A stretch of 60,751 bases of DNA, counting the filler, from Hausera hauseri (Eukaryota), in assembly GCA_046269625.1 (NCBI GenBank). It is 12 parts of 12 records of this genome, joined end to end, with 100 filler letters (N's around TTAATTAATTAA, not from the genome) between each part and the next. Parts side by side here need not be neighbours in the genome. Positions count along the whole stretch, not along the records: positions 7,867 to 11,913 come from JBJURY010794979.1; positions 12,014 to 16,327 come from JBJURY010639997.1; positions 16,428 to 22,133 come from JBJURY010202747.1; positions 22,234 to 26,348 come from JBJURY010751431.1; 8 more parts are not named here. One strand, given 5' to 3'. Numbering within the stretch: the stretch's first letter is position 1; each line of letters begins with the position of its first letter. The position numbers and the translations under genes are program-made. This document shows, piece after piece, positions 10,780 to 23,790 of this stretch. The notes under the pieces are model-generated. The model was not told the origin of the DNA. It saw only the letters and a list, made by a program, of their open reading frames with translations, and ran no database searches.

Positions 10780-11642
10780 GAACGGGCAGGAGAGTTGGCG
10801 ATATCCAGAACAACTTTGTGGAGATTGATGAAAGATCTGAGCTACAAGAGTTTGAAAGCAGTAGATGTGCAATTTTTAAGTTATGAAGGTCATGAAAACC
10901 ATATTTACTTCTGTCAGCGAATCCTGCAAAAATATGAGAATAGCTGACGTGGGGAGAACTTTTTTTCACTGTCGAACGTGCACTTTATGCAGAATGCAAA
11001 ACAATTTGCAGGTATGCATGTGGAGTAAGACCAATCCTCATTTTTATGAGCAAATTGCACAACATCCTCCCACTATCATGACTTGGGCAGCCATGTCTGC
11101 AAAGCACTTGATTGGCCCATTTTTATTGATCATTTTATGAATACTGACAATTATATACATTCACTAAATTCACACAATTATATAACTTCACTAAATTCTA
11201 AAGGTCTTCTTTATGTGGCACATTTCCAACAAGATGGAGCCCCATTTCACACAGCCATTAATACAATAAATTTTTTTAATCGGCATTTTCCTGACCGTTG
11301 GATAGGGAAATTTGGCCCTGTATCATGGCCTGCCCGTAGCCCAGATATTTTCACTTGTGACAATGCACTGTGGGGAATGATGAAGCCAAAAATCGTCAGG
11401 AAAAAAGTGAAATCAAAAGAAGAACTGAAAGTTGTCATTCAACAAGTCTTCGAAGAATTTCCATTAGCAGTGTTACCATTTATTCACAATCGCACATTCC
11501 GTCGATTTCACCTTTGCATAGAAAAAGGTGGCATACAAGTTGATCCTTTTGACCAATGACCTACTACTGTACTGTACACATGCTGTTTCTATTGCTTGCA
11601 CTATTATAATAAAAAGTCGTTGTGACTTATGAAACGTCTGTA
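10780..11642 (+). mobile_element. Tc1/mariner DD41D (rosa/Visitor-type) transposon, 5'-truncated and frameshifted
   Basis: FQQDGAP...WPARSPD..CD with 41 residues between the second and third Asp; TWAAMS..LIGPF. Right TIR-like end ...TTATGAAACGTCTG followed by TA at 11641-11642. Confidence 0.85.
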
Positions 11643-12013
11643 TATTAGCAAGTTACACATTACATAATTATCCAATTGAGAAATTTAATAAAACCGAGTA
11701 CGATGAGTAAATTTTATTTTTGTGATTTCACTATATGTAGACAACATTTAAATAATAATTATAAAATTAAAAATTATCTCATTTTCACTCTTTGTGCAAT
11801 TATACTCGCTTTTTTACTATATTTTTACCCAGTAAAATTAAAACTTACCTGGTTCGTAGTGTTATTTAGAATTGATGCTAGTGACTTAAATTTATTAATA
11901 AATTAAGAAATAANNNNNNNNNNNNNNNNNNNNNNNNNNNNNNNNNNNNNNNNNNNNTTAATTAATTAANNNNNNNNNNNNNNNNNNNNNNNNNNNNNNN
12001 NNNNNNNNNNNNN

Positions 12014-13626
12014 TGGCTGAAGGGTGATAAAGTAGTCATCGCTTTTTCTATTCCCTCGGTTTTGAGGAAGCCAAACAATCGTGTGAATTACTTCTGCATG
12101 ATACCACCAATTTCAGGGGTGCATCACAAGGAAGACAAAGTGGACAGAGGCGCATCCTACATTCCATTTGCTTTCCGACCAATTCCTCTTGGAGAACGAC
12201 TTTTCGTTCCCAAACCCCCAAGGGACTTTTCCATTGAAAACGAGAGAGATGAATCAACCACGGATTTTCCTGAACCTTCTACGTTTGCCATAGTTCATCA
12301 TAAGCACCACATATTCTAAGCAGAGAGGAATTAAACAATTCGTGATCTTGAACTGCTAAAGGCCATTGCGGAATTATTAGGTTCAAGACTTCAACAATGG
12401 AATCTTGTTCAAGAAATTGTTAGTGTGGCTGTTTGGTAATCGTTATAAGTTGTTGATGCTACTTACGAAAGGAAAAAGAGTTCGTGTTCTGTTGCGATGT
12501 TGCTGGCCTACTTAATGACATCGGAACCAAATATGACCCACAATCATGACTACTATTTTTGACTCATCAGAACTCAGTCTGAAGGCCATGTTGTATAATG
12601 GTAACCAGCTGCCATCTAATGCAGTCGAGCATGCTGTATGCATGAAAGAAACCCATGACAACATGAAGCAATTGTTCGTGAGCGGAAAACAATAATGCCT
12701 GGCAAGTCTGTTGTAACTTAAAGGTTGTGTCCATACTTGTAGGTCTGCTGTCCGGATATACAAAGTATTGCTGTTTTTTTATGTGAGTGGGACAAGATAG
12801 CAAAGACTTGTACACTGTGTATAGAGAAACTGGCCTCTGGAGAGAATAATGTGCAGCAATAATCCGTGGTAGAAATACACACAATACTAATACCTTCCTT
12901 GCACATCAAACTAGGGCTGATGGAAAACTTTGTAAAAGGCATGGACCAGACATCACCAGCTGTTACGTACCCGAATACCAAATTTCCTCGACTCAGCAGA
13001 GCTAAAATTAAAGATGAAGCTTTTGTGGATTCTCGGATTCGTGAGCTCTTCAACGACAAGATATTCGATGACCTATTTCAGAGTGATGAAAAAAAAATGC
13101 TTGGGGCGCTTTCCGTTTGGTTTTAACCAGTTTCCTTGGAAATCTCGGGACAGAGAACTGCAATGAACTGGTTGAGGATATGTTTTTTCGGTACCGTATC
13201 CTTGGCTGCAGTGTGCCCATGAAGATTCATTTTCTTTAGTCTCACTGCATTTTTTCCCTCTGACAACTGTGGTATGTTCAGTGATGAAGATGGTGAACGT
13301 TTTCATCAAGAAGTTGCCATGATGGAGAATGGACATTATAAGTCTGATTTCATGCTTGTTGACTACTGCTGGGCAATTGGCAGAGGCGTTTCCAAGCACC
13401 TTGAAGCGGCAAGCAAAGCCACGGAATGAGAAGAGCATTTAACACCCGTAATAGTAACAGTACGCTGTTATAATGTATAGTAAAGTACGTTATTGTGGAT
13501 TTTTGAGGAACCGTAACCATGTGGCATTTTCATTGTCATCTTCGTATCCAGCACGCCAAAATCATTAGGAAAGGACAATTTGCATTCAATGACGTAACTT
13601 TTGTCAAAATTTGTTACGTCACTGTG
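12014..13626 (+). mobile_element. Chapaev3-like (CMC group) DNA transposon remnant
   Basis: Frameshifted motifs (W)RKPNN..YFC, YTKYCCF.CEWD, LHIKLGLMENFVKGM, KFPRLSRAKIK, SDEDGERFHQ, DYCW. Ends ...TTGTTACGTCACTGTG at 13626. Confidence 0.75.
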
Positions 13627-14439
13627 AGGGACTGAAAATAATAGTATTAGTCTGAAGGTTTCAATACGTAAAAACTGAAACTGCTGCATTACATCAGACC
13701 CCCACTTTTTTTTTTTTTTTTAACTAACCATAAACGGAGTTACATAATAAATACTACAGATTAGTGTGATATTCTAAAGATTTCGTATCACAGAACCAAG
13801 CATTATAAAGTCATATGGGCCTTAGTGCCTTTATCACACCCCAGCCATGAAAAAAGGTCCAGAAAAATACCAGTTTAAAGCTTGACTGACCGAAACATAT
13901 TTATTTAAAAGTAGCCAATCCCCTCTTTTTGTGCTAGGATAGTCGTCACGACCTAGAGACTATAACCCCGTGATGAAGTTGAAACTTGAAATATCTTATT
14001 TGACAGTTGAGCAAATCTGCTGTTTTAACATATGAAGTGGCTTATTTCTTGTCCATATGAGAACTTGAAAATATTGTCACTGCTATTAATTTTATACATA
14101 CCTTAGAATAATAATTATTACGACAAAGACCCGGTGGTAGCAGAACGTGAAAGGAAAACAACTCCTTCAGTTTGATAATTATATTTATACGGGACGAAAA
14201 AGTATTTGTTACTAAATGTGTACAGGTAATTTATGAGGGTCACGAGGTAAGCTGTTCGCATAGGGTGATAAGGGTTCGAGGTTCAAATCCTGCTGCCATA
14301 GCTACTGCTTCTTTTTTTCCTCTTGAATCTAATTGTTATCATTTACCCACAGAAACTGTACTTCAACCATTCATAATAAACGCTGAAAGAAGTGATAGTG
14401 ATGAAGATTCGGATGATGAGTTGGAAACTGGTCACATGA

Positions 14440-14595
14440 ATGGAACTGAAAATGAAGCGTATCCGGCCGAGAAAGTAAAGGCAATAGTTGAATATTGTAA
14501 AACCACAGAAAAAAAGAGATCACTGAAACAAGTACAACAGTATTGCAAAGTCACATCGAATCTCATGTATCGCTGGAAAAAACAATTAGACGGTG
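14440..14595 (+). mobile_element. Pogo/Tigger-like transposase N-terminal HTH fragment
   Basis: YPAEKVKAIVEYCK...SLKQVQQ..KVTSNLMYRWKKQL after an acidic stretch. No catalytic domain present. Confidence 0.45.
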
Positions 14596-14599
14596 AGTA

Positions 14600-15017
14600 C
14601 CATATATTGTTCAATACATGCGGGGAAACAGAACCCAAAACTGTTCGAGAAACAGAACTTAAACTCCTTGATCCCATAACGATTAAATTAACTTGAAGTT
14701 TGTCAATGGCCTTAAATATTGAATGATCTGGCCGGCCCCATAAAGTAATCCATTCACGATTTAATCTTCGTCTAGAACATTGACCCATAAAATAAGTTCT
14801 TAGTCCTCCTGTTTCATTTATACATTTTACAGTATCCGTGTCGTACTCATCATCTGTTAGCAAAACAATTACATGTGGCATGATCGTATGAAAAATAATT
14901 TATCTACTTTAAAAATGGATTACTATCTACATACCAATCAAATTCATGCGCCGATGCCATACTTCCATCTACAACAACTAGAACGTTCTTTGATTGAGTT
15001 GCACCACCCATACGCAT
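14600..15017 (-). pseudogene. Universal stress protein (UspA domain), intronless and frameshifted
   Basis: N-terminus MRMGGATQSKNVLVVVDGSMASAHEFDWY (ATG at 15017 or 15011); C-terminus GRPDHSI...LIVMGSRSLSSVSRTVLGSVSPHVL; frameshift near 14910. Confidence 0.85.
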
Positions 15018-16449
15018 GCAAGAAAATAAAATAAGAAACAATCATGATAACGAGCAAAATATCCACAAGTCAATTGTGATTAAACAAAAACTTGCTAAAT
15101 GGAGACAACAATTTTCAAACAGTCCGTTTTTTATTTGAATTATTAAAACAAAACAAAATTTCACACGCATATACTGTACAGAGTTTTTACAATAACTCCA
15201 ATTGCAACAGAACCTTTACAAATACAGCTTTATCTACATTTAAACATACTGTTAAGTAGTTCAATCAATTTTCAAGTATTCCGCATCGAGCATCTTCTGA
15301 TTTCATTTGCGGTTTTTCCATTGATGTCATGATCGTTGGAAACGACCCTATACTAACCCAAATGGAGAAACGGATCGTGTTGTTACTGATGAAAATTCAG
15401 TACTTGTAACTGTCGTATATTGCCTGTCTCAATATCGAAATAAAAAGCCGTGCTGCTCATTGCCACTACGTAAAATGACATTGTCACCAATTCGAACCAG
15501 CACGCCGTCCCGTGTATGCCGAATCGCCGGATAACAAGTGCATTCAACAAGATCTCGTTCGTTTGGGTTAAATATTGCTGAATTTGCTCTTGTGGTCGGT
15601 CGTAGTAAATAAACTTCATCAGAGAAATATGCAATTATTGTTCGGTATTAAATCTTACACCATCTTTTGTCAATGACAAATTTGGATTGCCGTAATTTGA
15701 TTGGTTATTGTTGGCATGTGTCCTTGCTAAATTTGCACGTAATGACATATTCGAGGTGTCAATTATTTGACCATCATTCACATTTGAAATATCCTTTATT
15801 CTATGGACTTCCATCTTGTGGCCATCTAAAAGAGGTGTTTTTTTCAGTGTCGACATTGCTCGTTAGTTGGAATCAACTTATATTCTTGTTGAAGTCCATT
15901 TGATTGCTTTGATTAATTTGAGAGCTGTCATTGCAAAGAGTATAAAAGGCATTTTAGTGAGTTTGCGTTTTACACGGTCATTAAAATAAAACACGTAAGA
16001 AAAAATGAACAAAATAAAGAACAAATAAAATTCCGAACATTTATTCTTTTTTATATCAGACTCGTCCACCGAAGCGTACGAGTCGTCGGTACTGGATAGG
16101 GAAGGTTCCGTCCTGATGAGTTGACGAGATGGAACCGGCTGATCGTCAGAGCCGGAATCGGTTGATCCTGCTCTCGTCATCTGTCGTCGGCGACGACTAC
16201 ATGGTATTGGCGAGTCCTGCGAGTTTGCGGTCCCCTGACGTTTCGGGATTAGCCGACTCTCCGTCGGAACCAGGGATTCGTATAGACGGTCCGTGGCCGT
16301 CATCAGCCGGAAGAACACCGGGAGAAANNNNNNNNNNNNNNNNNNNNNNNNNNNNNNNNNNNNNNNNNNNNTTAATTAATTAANNNNNNNNNNNNNNNNN
16401 NNNNNNNNNNNNNNNNNNNNNNNNNNNAATTTTTATTTTTATAAAAAAT

Positions 16450-17460
16450 TAAAATTTATTCTTGAGGTAAACAGTAGTATCTGATAGCCCAGATCTCCCT
16501 CTATAACCCATAAAAGATTTAGGTCGAAAATTATATGGTTATGTCATAAAACCAATTTGAATGAAGGTCTAAAATTTGTCCTAATTGAGAAATTACTGAA
16601 AATTCGACTATTTTTCAAAAGCAATTTTTCATATTTCTGAACATGCTAACTTGGGGAGACAATGGAATCTTGTAGCCCTGATCTTCATCTATCACCCACA
16701 AAAATCGATGTCGAAAATTACATCGCTAAGTCACAAAACACATTTGAATTAGGGTCTAAAATTTGTCAAAATTGAAGAATTACTGAAAATTTGACAATTT
16801 TTCAAAAGCAATCTTTTCATATTTCTGAACATGCCAACTTGAGGTAGACAACGGAATCTTGTAGCCCAGTTTCGCTTCTAAATTATAAGAAAATTTTTGG
16901 TCGAAAGTTGTATATTTAAGCCACAAAACACATTTGAATAAAGGTCTAAATTTTGTCAAAGTTTGTAAGCATTTATAAAATTCAAAAATTGTGAAATTTT
17001 ACATGAATTTGGACGATTATTGAACGCGATTTTTTCACATTTCTGAATATGCTAGATTGATGGAGACAGCGAATATTGTAGCTCTGTTTCACTTCTATAA
17101 CACATAAAAATTTAGGTCAAAAGTTGCATATTTAAGTCATAAATCCGATTTGAATGAAGGTCTAAAATTTGTCAAAATTTCTAAAAAATTTTCAAAATTC
17201 AAAATGAGTAAAATTTTACATAAACTTTGACGACTATTGAACGCGATTTTTTCATATTTCCGAACATGCTAAATTGGTGGCGACAAAGAAATCTTGTAGC
17301 TCAGTTTCTCCTCTATAAAATATAAAAAAATTTTGGTCGAAAATTGTATCTTTCAGTCATAAAATCGACTTGAATTCAGATCTAAAATTGTCCAATTAGA
17401 GAAATTAATGAAAATTTGACCAATTTTGAAAAGCGTTTTTTTTTCTTCATATTTCCAGGC
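16450..17460. repeat. Degenerate satellite-like tandem repeat, about 5 units of 188-218 bp
   Basis: Anchor CA(T/C)ATTTC at 16630, 16818, 17036, 17253 and 17448; TTTGAAT..GGTCTAAAATTTGTC recurs in the units. Confidence 0.9.
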
Positions 17461-17499
17461 TTTAGGAAGAAATGGGCAGTTAGTTAGCAGAACAGATCA

Positions 17500-20400
17500 A
17501 ATAAAGTAAGTCATCATCGAGTGAAAATCCACAGCAAACAAGGTTCACAGCACCACCCCCAGTTTGTGTTCAACAGGAGATTTCTGGGAAGTGTTTTCAG
17601 ACAACAAAACGGCACGACAAAGAAAAATGTTCCAAGATTTTCTTAAAATACCTCGCGAATCAAACATTTTAACTTTTTTTCGCTCAGACATCCAAGGAAG
17701 GAATGAACCATCTTTGGTCTTTCGACCTCTGGTGGAAACTGCGAATGGATGGAATAAACATCATCATAGCGAACAAACATCGTCCATCACTGACAGTTTA
17801 AAAACAGTTTTAAGTTTCTTTCTGTGTGAATGAAAAACTACCACCAATACACTTTTCATATGTACTTTCAAAAACTGGGTACAGCCAAAGAAAGATAGCT
17901 TAGTCTTGTTCTCTGATGTATTTACTGCATGAATGTTTTTGTCTGTAGGGTTGTCGTCCAGATCAGAAAGTTTAAATAAAGCTCGAATTGGAGTCCCAAA
18001 TAGTGCCTCGGCTGGAGCACAACCGGTAGTAATAGAGGGTGTGTTGCGTCACCCTAGTAGATCAAATGGTAGAATGGACGTCCAATTACGATGATTGTCA
18101 GCCAAGATTTTTAGAGAAATTTTATTGTTTGATGAAACCTTTCAAAAAAGCCATTCGCGTGAGGATGATATGGTGTTGTATAAAAATGGTATATCCCCAA
18201 GCGCTTGACAAGTGATTTGAAGAGTTACAATTAAAATTGTAGACCTTGATCCGTTATTATGTAACTTGGGGAACAAAAACGACTGATCCAGATTTTTATA
18301 AATGTATCGGCTACTGAATCAGTGTTCGTTGAACGGAGAGGAACGGCTTCAGGCAGCGAGAAGCACGATCCATCATAGTAAGGATATATTGATATCCGTT
18401 GTCAGCAAGTAAAGGACCAACGAGATCAAGATAAACCGTATGAAAACGTGATGTACAGGGGAAATGGTAGAGTGGAAGTTTAAGGTGTTTATTGATTTTG
18501 TATTTTTGACAGGCTACGCATTCCTTAACCCAGCCCTGTACATCTTTGCGCATTGATGACCAAACTATGTGACGTTGAAGCAGGCGAAAGGTCGCTTTCG
18601 AACCCGGATGATGGAGTGAATGCGTATGAAGGAAGGCTGGCTTTTGTAAAAGTGGAGTTAGAATGATCTTTTTGTTACCGAAATTCGACGTATCAAAAGC
18701 AATACCATCAATGATTTCGAAGGATTTGAAAAGGCTAAGAAAGTCAGCAGATGGTTGATTTGTCTTTAATACTTCGGATGAGAAAATCGGCTCAACTGTA
18801 ATGAAGCCAACCGACCTCGATAGAAAATCTGCTACCAAATTGTCTATGCCTGAGATGTATTCTAAAACAAAACTGAATGTAGACAGGTATGATATTTGTC
18901 GTTCTTGCCTCGGTGATGAATATTTTAGTAACATGATGTAAACGAGAGGCTTATGGTCGGTTTGAATGACAAATTGACGAGAGAGAAGGAGGTACTTGAA
19001 GAATTTTACTACCAAAACTGTGGCTAGTAATTCACGTTCAAAAGTGGAGTACTGTTGTTCTGGTTCCGTTAATTTTCTCGAGAAAAATTATAACGGTTTA
19101 TGAATTCCATTATGTATTTGGTGAAAAACTGCGCCTACTGCGGTAGTAGAAACATCAATTTACAGTACTAGCTCAGTTTAAGGATGGGAAAGAGCTAGCA
19201 TTTTGACGGCTTTCAAGTTTTCTTTGATATGGTCAGAATCATTGACAAGGCCGGCTGTACAGTGGATAGGCATTTTTTTCAAGCACTTAATGAAGCAAAC
19301 GGTGCAGTTAGAACGGAACAATGCGGTACGTACTTTTGTACAAAATGCAACGTGCCGAGGAAACTACGCATATCAGAAGCAGTGCGTGGGAGCTGGACAT
19401 TCTTGAGATGGACTAGTCTATCAGGCTTCGGTGAATGTTCATGAAGCGAAATTATATGCTCAGAAAATTGATGTATTTTTGGAAAAATGAGCAATTTTCA
19501 TAATTTATTTGTAGTTTATGTTGAAGTACTACTCGTAAATGTTCGGTATGCTGTCGTGGCGGCAGAGGTTGTAGAATATCACCAATATATATAAAGCGAA
19601 ATCCAAACCAGGAAGAATGGTGCCAGTATGGCGTTGGAAAGTTTGAGACGCAAAGTCAAAGGATATAAAGACGTATGCGAACAAACCAAATGGAGTAGTT
19701 ACAGCAGTTTTGGCGATGTCCTCTGGATTAACGCTATGGTGGTACGTTTTATGGAAGTCCAAAGAAGAAAATTGTGGATCCATGAAGGTGATTAAGAATA
19801 TCGTTTTAGGGCGGCAATGGGTATGTACCCATGATTGTTAATGTATTTAATTGACTGTAATCGCCTCAACGTCTGACTGTCGCGTCTTTCTTCGTGACTA
19901 TTTGAAGATGCTAGAACCAAGGAGATTTTGAGCGACGGATGATGCCTGCTTGTTCCCAGGCTTGAAATTCAGCTTCTGCATCTTTTCGCCGTCGACGGGA
20001 CGATGAAAGAACTTTTTGTTTGAATGGGTGTTGATATTCGGTGAAAATGTGGTGCAATCTTGTTGAAGATGATTTGAGGGATGAAACTTTTTATCGTGCA
20101 GAAGAATGATTCGGTAATGAAGGATTTTAGAGTAGCATCCAAGGATAAGAATGGTGGAAGTATGCTGTCATACGAAATGGTAGCTGTGATTGGCCGAAGA
20201 ACGACTGACATCGCCATTATCAACATTCACTTTGGCCCGTTGTTTTAAAATATATTTAAATTTGTTAGGTATTATAGAAGAGAAACATTTGTATTGGAAT
20301 CAGCGGGTGGATGCAACAAAATGTCCGTTTGACTGCCTGATAAATGTTTGTCAACTTTGTGATAAAATTTCTGCCCAGCAGACAGCCATACTTGCAATCA

Positions 20401-21305
20401 AGCAGCAGATCGTGTGCGGCTAGGAAGTCTGAACCCCTTATAGGAGAATTAATATTGGCGATATAAAATTTCCAGAAAAACTTGTCTAATAAGTTAGAGG
20501 TGAAAGCACGTTCTATGATGTATGAAATGCGCAAGGGTTGGCCACTGGCTGTAAAGAGTGAGGGATGGGAAATACTAGTAGAAGTAGGAAAAAAGGCAAT
20601 GTCAGAAGTGAAAAGGTGGCTCCTGAGTCGATGAGGAAGCCTATATATGAAGTTGTTAGAAAAGAGCGCAGCTTTCAACAGAAATACTGCATAGGCGTTG
20701 TTAGGACGGCCTGTAGATAGTGAAGTGTTGCCCATGCCACAATGTACCTTGGCACCTGGTGGCGTTATCAGTTTTTGGAGGACTGTTGAGAGGAAAAGAA
20801 GAATTGAAATTATTTTTATAGCGCTTACAACCCCGGAACGCACGATCGAGCTTACGACTGAAATTTTGTGCCATTTGCATAGTGTCCACTGCATAGCGTT
20901 CGTTGTAAAATCGACAGCCCAAGAGACACTTCTTTGCATCTCTGTAAAATTCATTATGATAATAACAAATCATTTGTCTACACGGATATTTGAATCTAAA
21001 TGAGTACCTGGAGGAACTGCGATTTCGCGAGGCACTAGGCTCATCTCGTCGAGCCAGAGTTAGATTATTTAGTGGGGCTATGTTGTGCTGTGTAATTAGC
21101 AAGGTTGTCATTTTCCTTAAATGAATTAAGGCAATCGTGTTCGACGAAGTTAACCGACATTTCGGGTGCCCCCACTCACCTCTGACGACCAAGTGTTTTG
21201 ACACCCCATTTTTTCGACGGTTAGTGGAATAGAGGGTTTAGAACATTCCTTCTAATAAAAGTTGTTCTTTATTCTCAAATTAGAGTATATTTTCGTGTAT
21301 CCACA
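17500..21305 (-). mobile_element. Decayed Gypsy LTR retrotransposon, CsRN1/kabuki-like (CHCC gag)
   Basis: Gag CYYH..F...AKKC..GC; protease FLIDSGATFS (20603-20638); RT KTAVTTPFGLF; RNase H TDHKPL...ADFLSR; integrase HSLHHPG...CVAC, LDLVGPL. PBS-like TGGTCGTCAGAGG near 21190; possible short LTR 21194-21305. Many frameshifts. Confidence 0.9.
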
Positions 21306-22379
21306 ATGGTAAAACAAAATCGTAATTCGCAGAATTAAGAAAATGCCTATAAACCCGTATCAAAATATAAAATTGAAATTGACAGTAAGAAATGTATTTT
21401 CAAGTGAATAAAAAATTGTCTGCAATGTTTTTCTTTTAAACAGTCAAACAAATCGTAGGCCGACTGAACATAAAAATTTCCAATGCCATCCGAAACTTAT
21501 TTTAAATTCACTCCTGCTCACAAAAATACACCGGCACTTTGTTTACAGTTATTCAATCCTACATGGAGTTTTGATGAAAAAATAAAAAATTGGCAAAAAA
21601 GGTGCGACTATTATGTGAGTAAACATAGTAATATTGCATTATAAGTGGGTCAGAAAAATATCGTCTGCTTTGAGCCTGTTGTGGTTCTTTGTTTATTTTG
21701 GTTGATGTTTTAACCAATATTCCAGCCCTACAGTCTCAATTATGTGGTTGTGGTGGGATCATCCTCCTTTTGTGTGTTTTCGGGCCGTGTTGAGGTGCTG
21801 TCACAGCATTTAAATGAGCATTTTGCTTCAGCGAGAATGAAGAGTTTTTGTCAGCCTCCACTCATCGAGGATGATTAGAGAAAAATGTCTACCCATCTTG
21901 ACTGGAGATCGCCACAGCTCCAGATAACATGCTGTGATTGAGAGCTGTGTCTTAAAGGCCTATATGTGTTCTCGCTGTGTGGCTTGGTGCTGAATGAAAC
22001 CTCGAGTGCTTTTCTTAAAAATAGAGTAATGGCACAATTGTTAAATGATTTACGCATTTCTTGCTTTTTAAAGGGCATATTTAATTCAAGGTACTTTACA
22101 ATATATCAGTGAAAGATGTGGACATACTAATGTNNNNNNNNNNNNNNNNNNNNNNNNNNNNNNNNNNNNNNNNNNNNTTAATTAATTAANNNNNNNNNNN
22201 NNNNNNNNNNNNNNNNNNNNNNNNNNNNNNNNNTGGGAAGCAGGTCACGGAACTTCCGTCTAGCCCCTCCCCCCCCCCCCCCCAATGTGTTCCACGACGG
22301 TTTGAATGCACCTTAGACATGTGATCGAGAACTGTCAGTCATTGCTCCCCGAGGCTCATGTTAAACTCATAATTTATCT

Positions 22380-22825
22380 GAGTTATGTGATGCCAGTGCT
22401 GCTGTATGGAGCACAGTCTTTGAGAGGAACTGAATACGAAATGTTGCCATCATTCCACACAACTTGCATACGAAACATTCACATAGGATTCTGGTCATAA
22501 AGCCATTAGTAGCTACAAATTCCTCGCCCAAAGGGAAGAAGACGTTTTACATACAGTGAGAAATAAAACGACGATGGAGAGACTAGACCAGTCTTCAAGA
22601 AGGACCCAGGCGACATTCCACAGAGCGTGATGCGCTGGACACAAGAGGCAAAGAGAAAAAGAGCAAAACCAAAGACAACCTGGAGTAGAACAGTGGAAGC
22701 GAAATTAAACAGCGCGCAGAACACCTGGGGCACTATGCAGAAACTGCAGACCGAGAGACGTAGAGAGCATCTGTTGCTGTCTTAAGAGATGCCACAGGGC
22801 ATACGGGACGAGGTTGATAATGATG
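22380..22825 (+). mobile_element. RTE-clade LINE 3' fragment
   Basis: VMPVLLYGAQS...SFHTTCIRNI and WTQEAKRKRAKPKTTWSRTV; TGATAATGATGA tail. Confidence 0.75.
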
Positions 22826-23149
22826 AAAGTTACAACACTGTGGCGGCAATTTGTTATCAAACGTTTTCTGAACAGGCATTGGGCGTGTAATAGGGAATAA
22901 TGTTCAACCTTGCGCTGTCGGTGAGTGAAAGATACCTGTCAGTCACCATGTCCCTAAGGATGGTTTCCCGAACCATCCGTCGAATCGTCCGTGCGAGAGA
23001 TTACAAGATATTTCAGTTTGCCTGGATTTTGTCCTGCTGTATGGTAGTTTTGCATGTTGGCCGTAATCAGCCCCCCCCCCCCCCTCTCCAATTCGGTTCT
23101 CAAACTATCAAAGCATGTATCAATGACCCCGACACATCGAAATAACAAG

Positions 23150-23790
23150 TAAGTCATCATGTGGCCTGTCTGCAGAACGTCGCCCTCATCACAGGTCTTC
23201 TGAAAGACTCTCTGTTTCTTGTCAGCTCGCCCGCCTCTCTCAAGCTCATATTTAAAGTTTCCTTGATGTCTTGTGTCCAGCGTCGTCTTGGTCTTCCCTT
23301 GCCTCTTGCTCCAGGAACAATACCTTCCAATACTAGTTTCTCCAGGCCATCATGACGTTTAATGTGGCCAAAATATTTTAGTTTTCGAGACATGATACTG
23401 TTGATGAGCCAGTTGTTCGTGATATTCAGATCTTGGAGTATATCTTTGTTTGTTCTCTTTTTAGTCCATAATATTCTCAGGACTCTTCTGTAGCACTTTA
23501 ATTCGAATGCGTTTATCGTTTTCCTTTTTTACTTGTGGGATAGTCCATGATTTACTTCCATAGGTCGCTACAGGGAAAATGCATGTTCTCAGAATTTTTA
23601 TTTTGATTGCGTTGTTGGTGTCATGCCACAGATTCTTCATACTAGTTAATCTCTGAATTGCTATGGTCAATCTCCTTCTGACTTCCTTTAAGCAGTCTCC
23701 ATTGTTGTATATTGTGGATCCCAGATATTCAAAATTTGAGAAATTCTCTATTTCTTCATTGTCTATGGTGATTTTGCGTTGGTGAAAAAG
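23150..23790 (-). mobile_element. RTE-clade LINE 3' fragment
   Basis: FEYLGS...EVRRRL, CIFPVATYGSKSW, KLKYFGHIKR..LEKLVLEG..PG.RGKGRPRRRW; ATG-repeat tail. Confidence 0.9.

Noticed and set aside
13965-13996. GTGATGAAGTTGAAACTTGAAAT hammerhead-like string
   Set aside because: The core starts G rather than C, stems I/III are not convincing, and there is no Penelope context.
16105-16137. Hairpin GGTTCCGTC/GATGGAACC enclosing CTGATGA as a hammerhead
   Set aside because: No GAAA core, stem III or cleavage triplet.
15170-16327. Minus-strand ORFs 15383-15856 and 15878-16318
   Set aside because: No recognisable motif; may be decayed gene fragments but I cannot assign them.
21601-21630. Pogo/Tigger-like TIR end (GTGCGACTATTATGTGAGTAAACATAGTA)
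   Set aside because: Degenerate, with no matching left TIR or transposase found.
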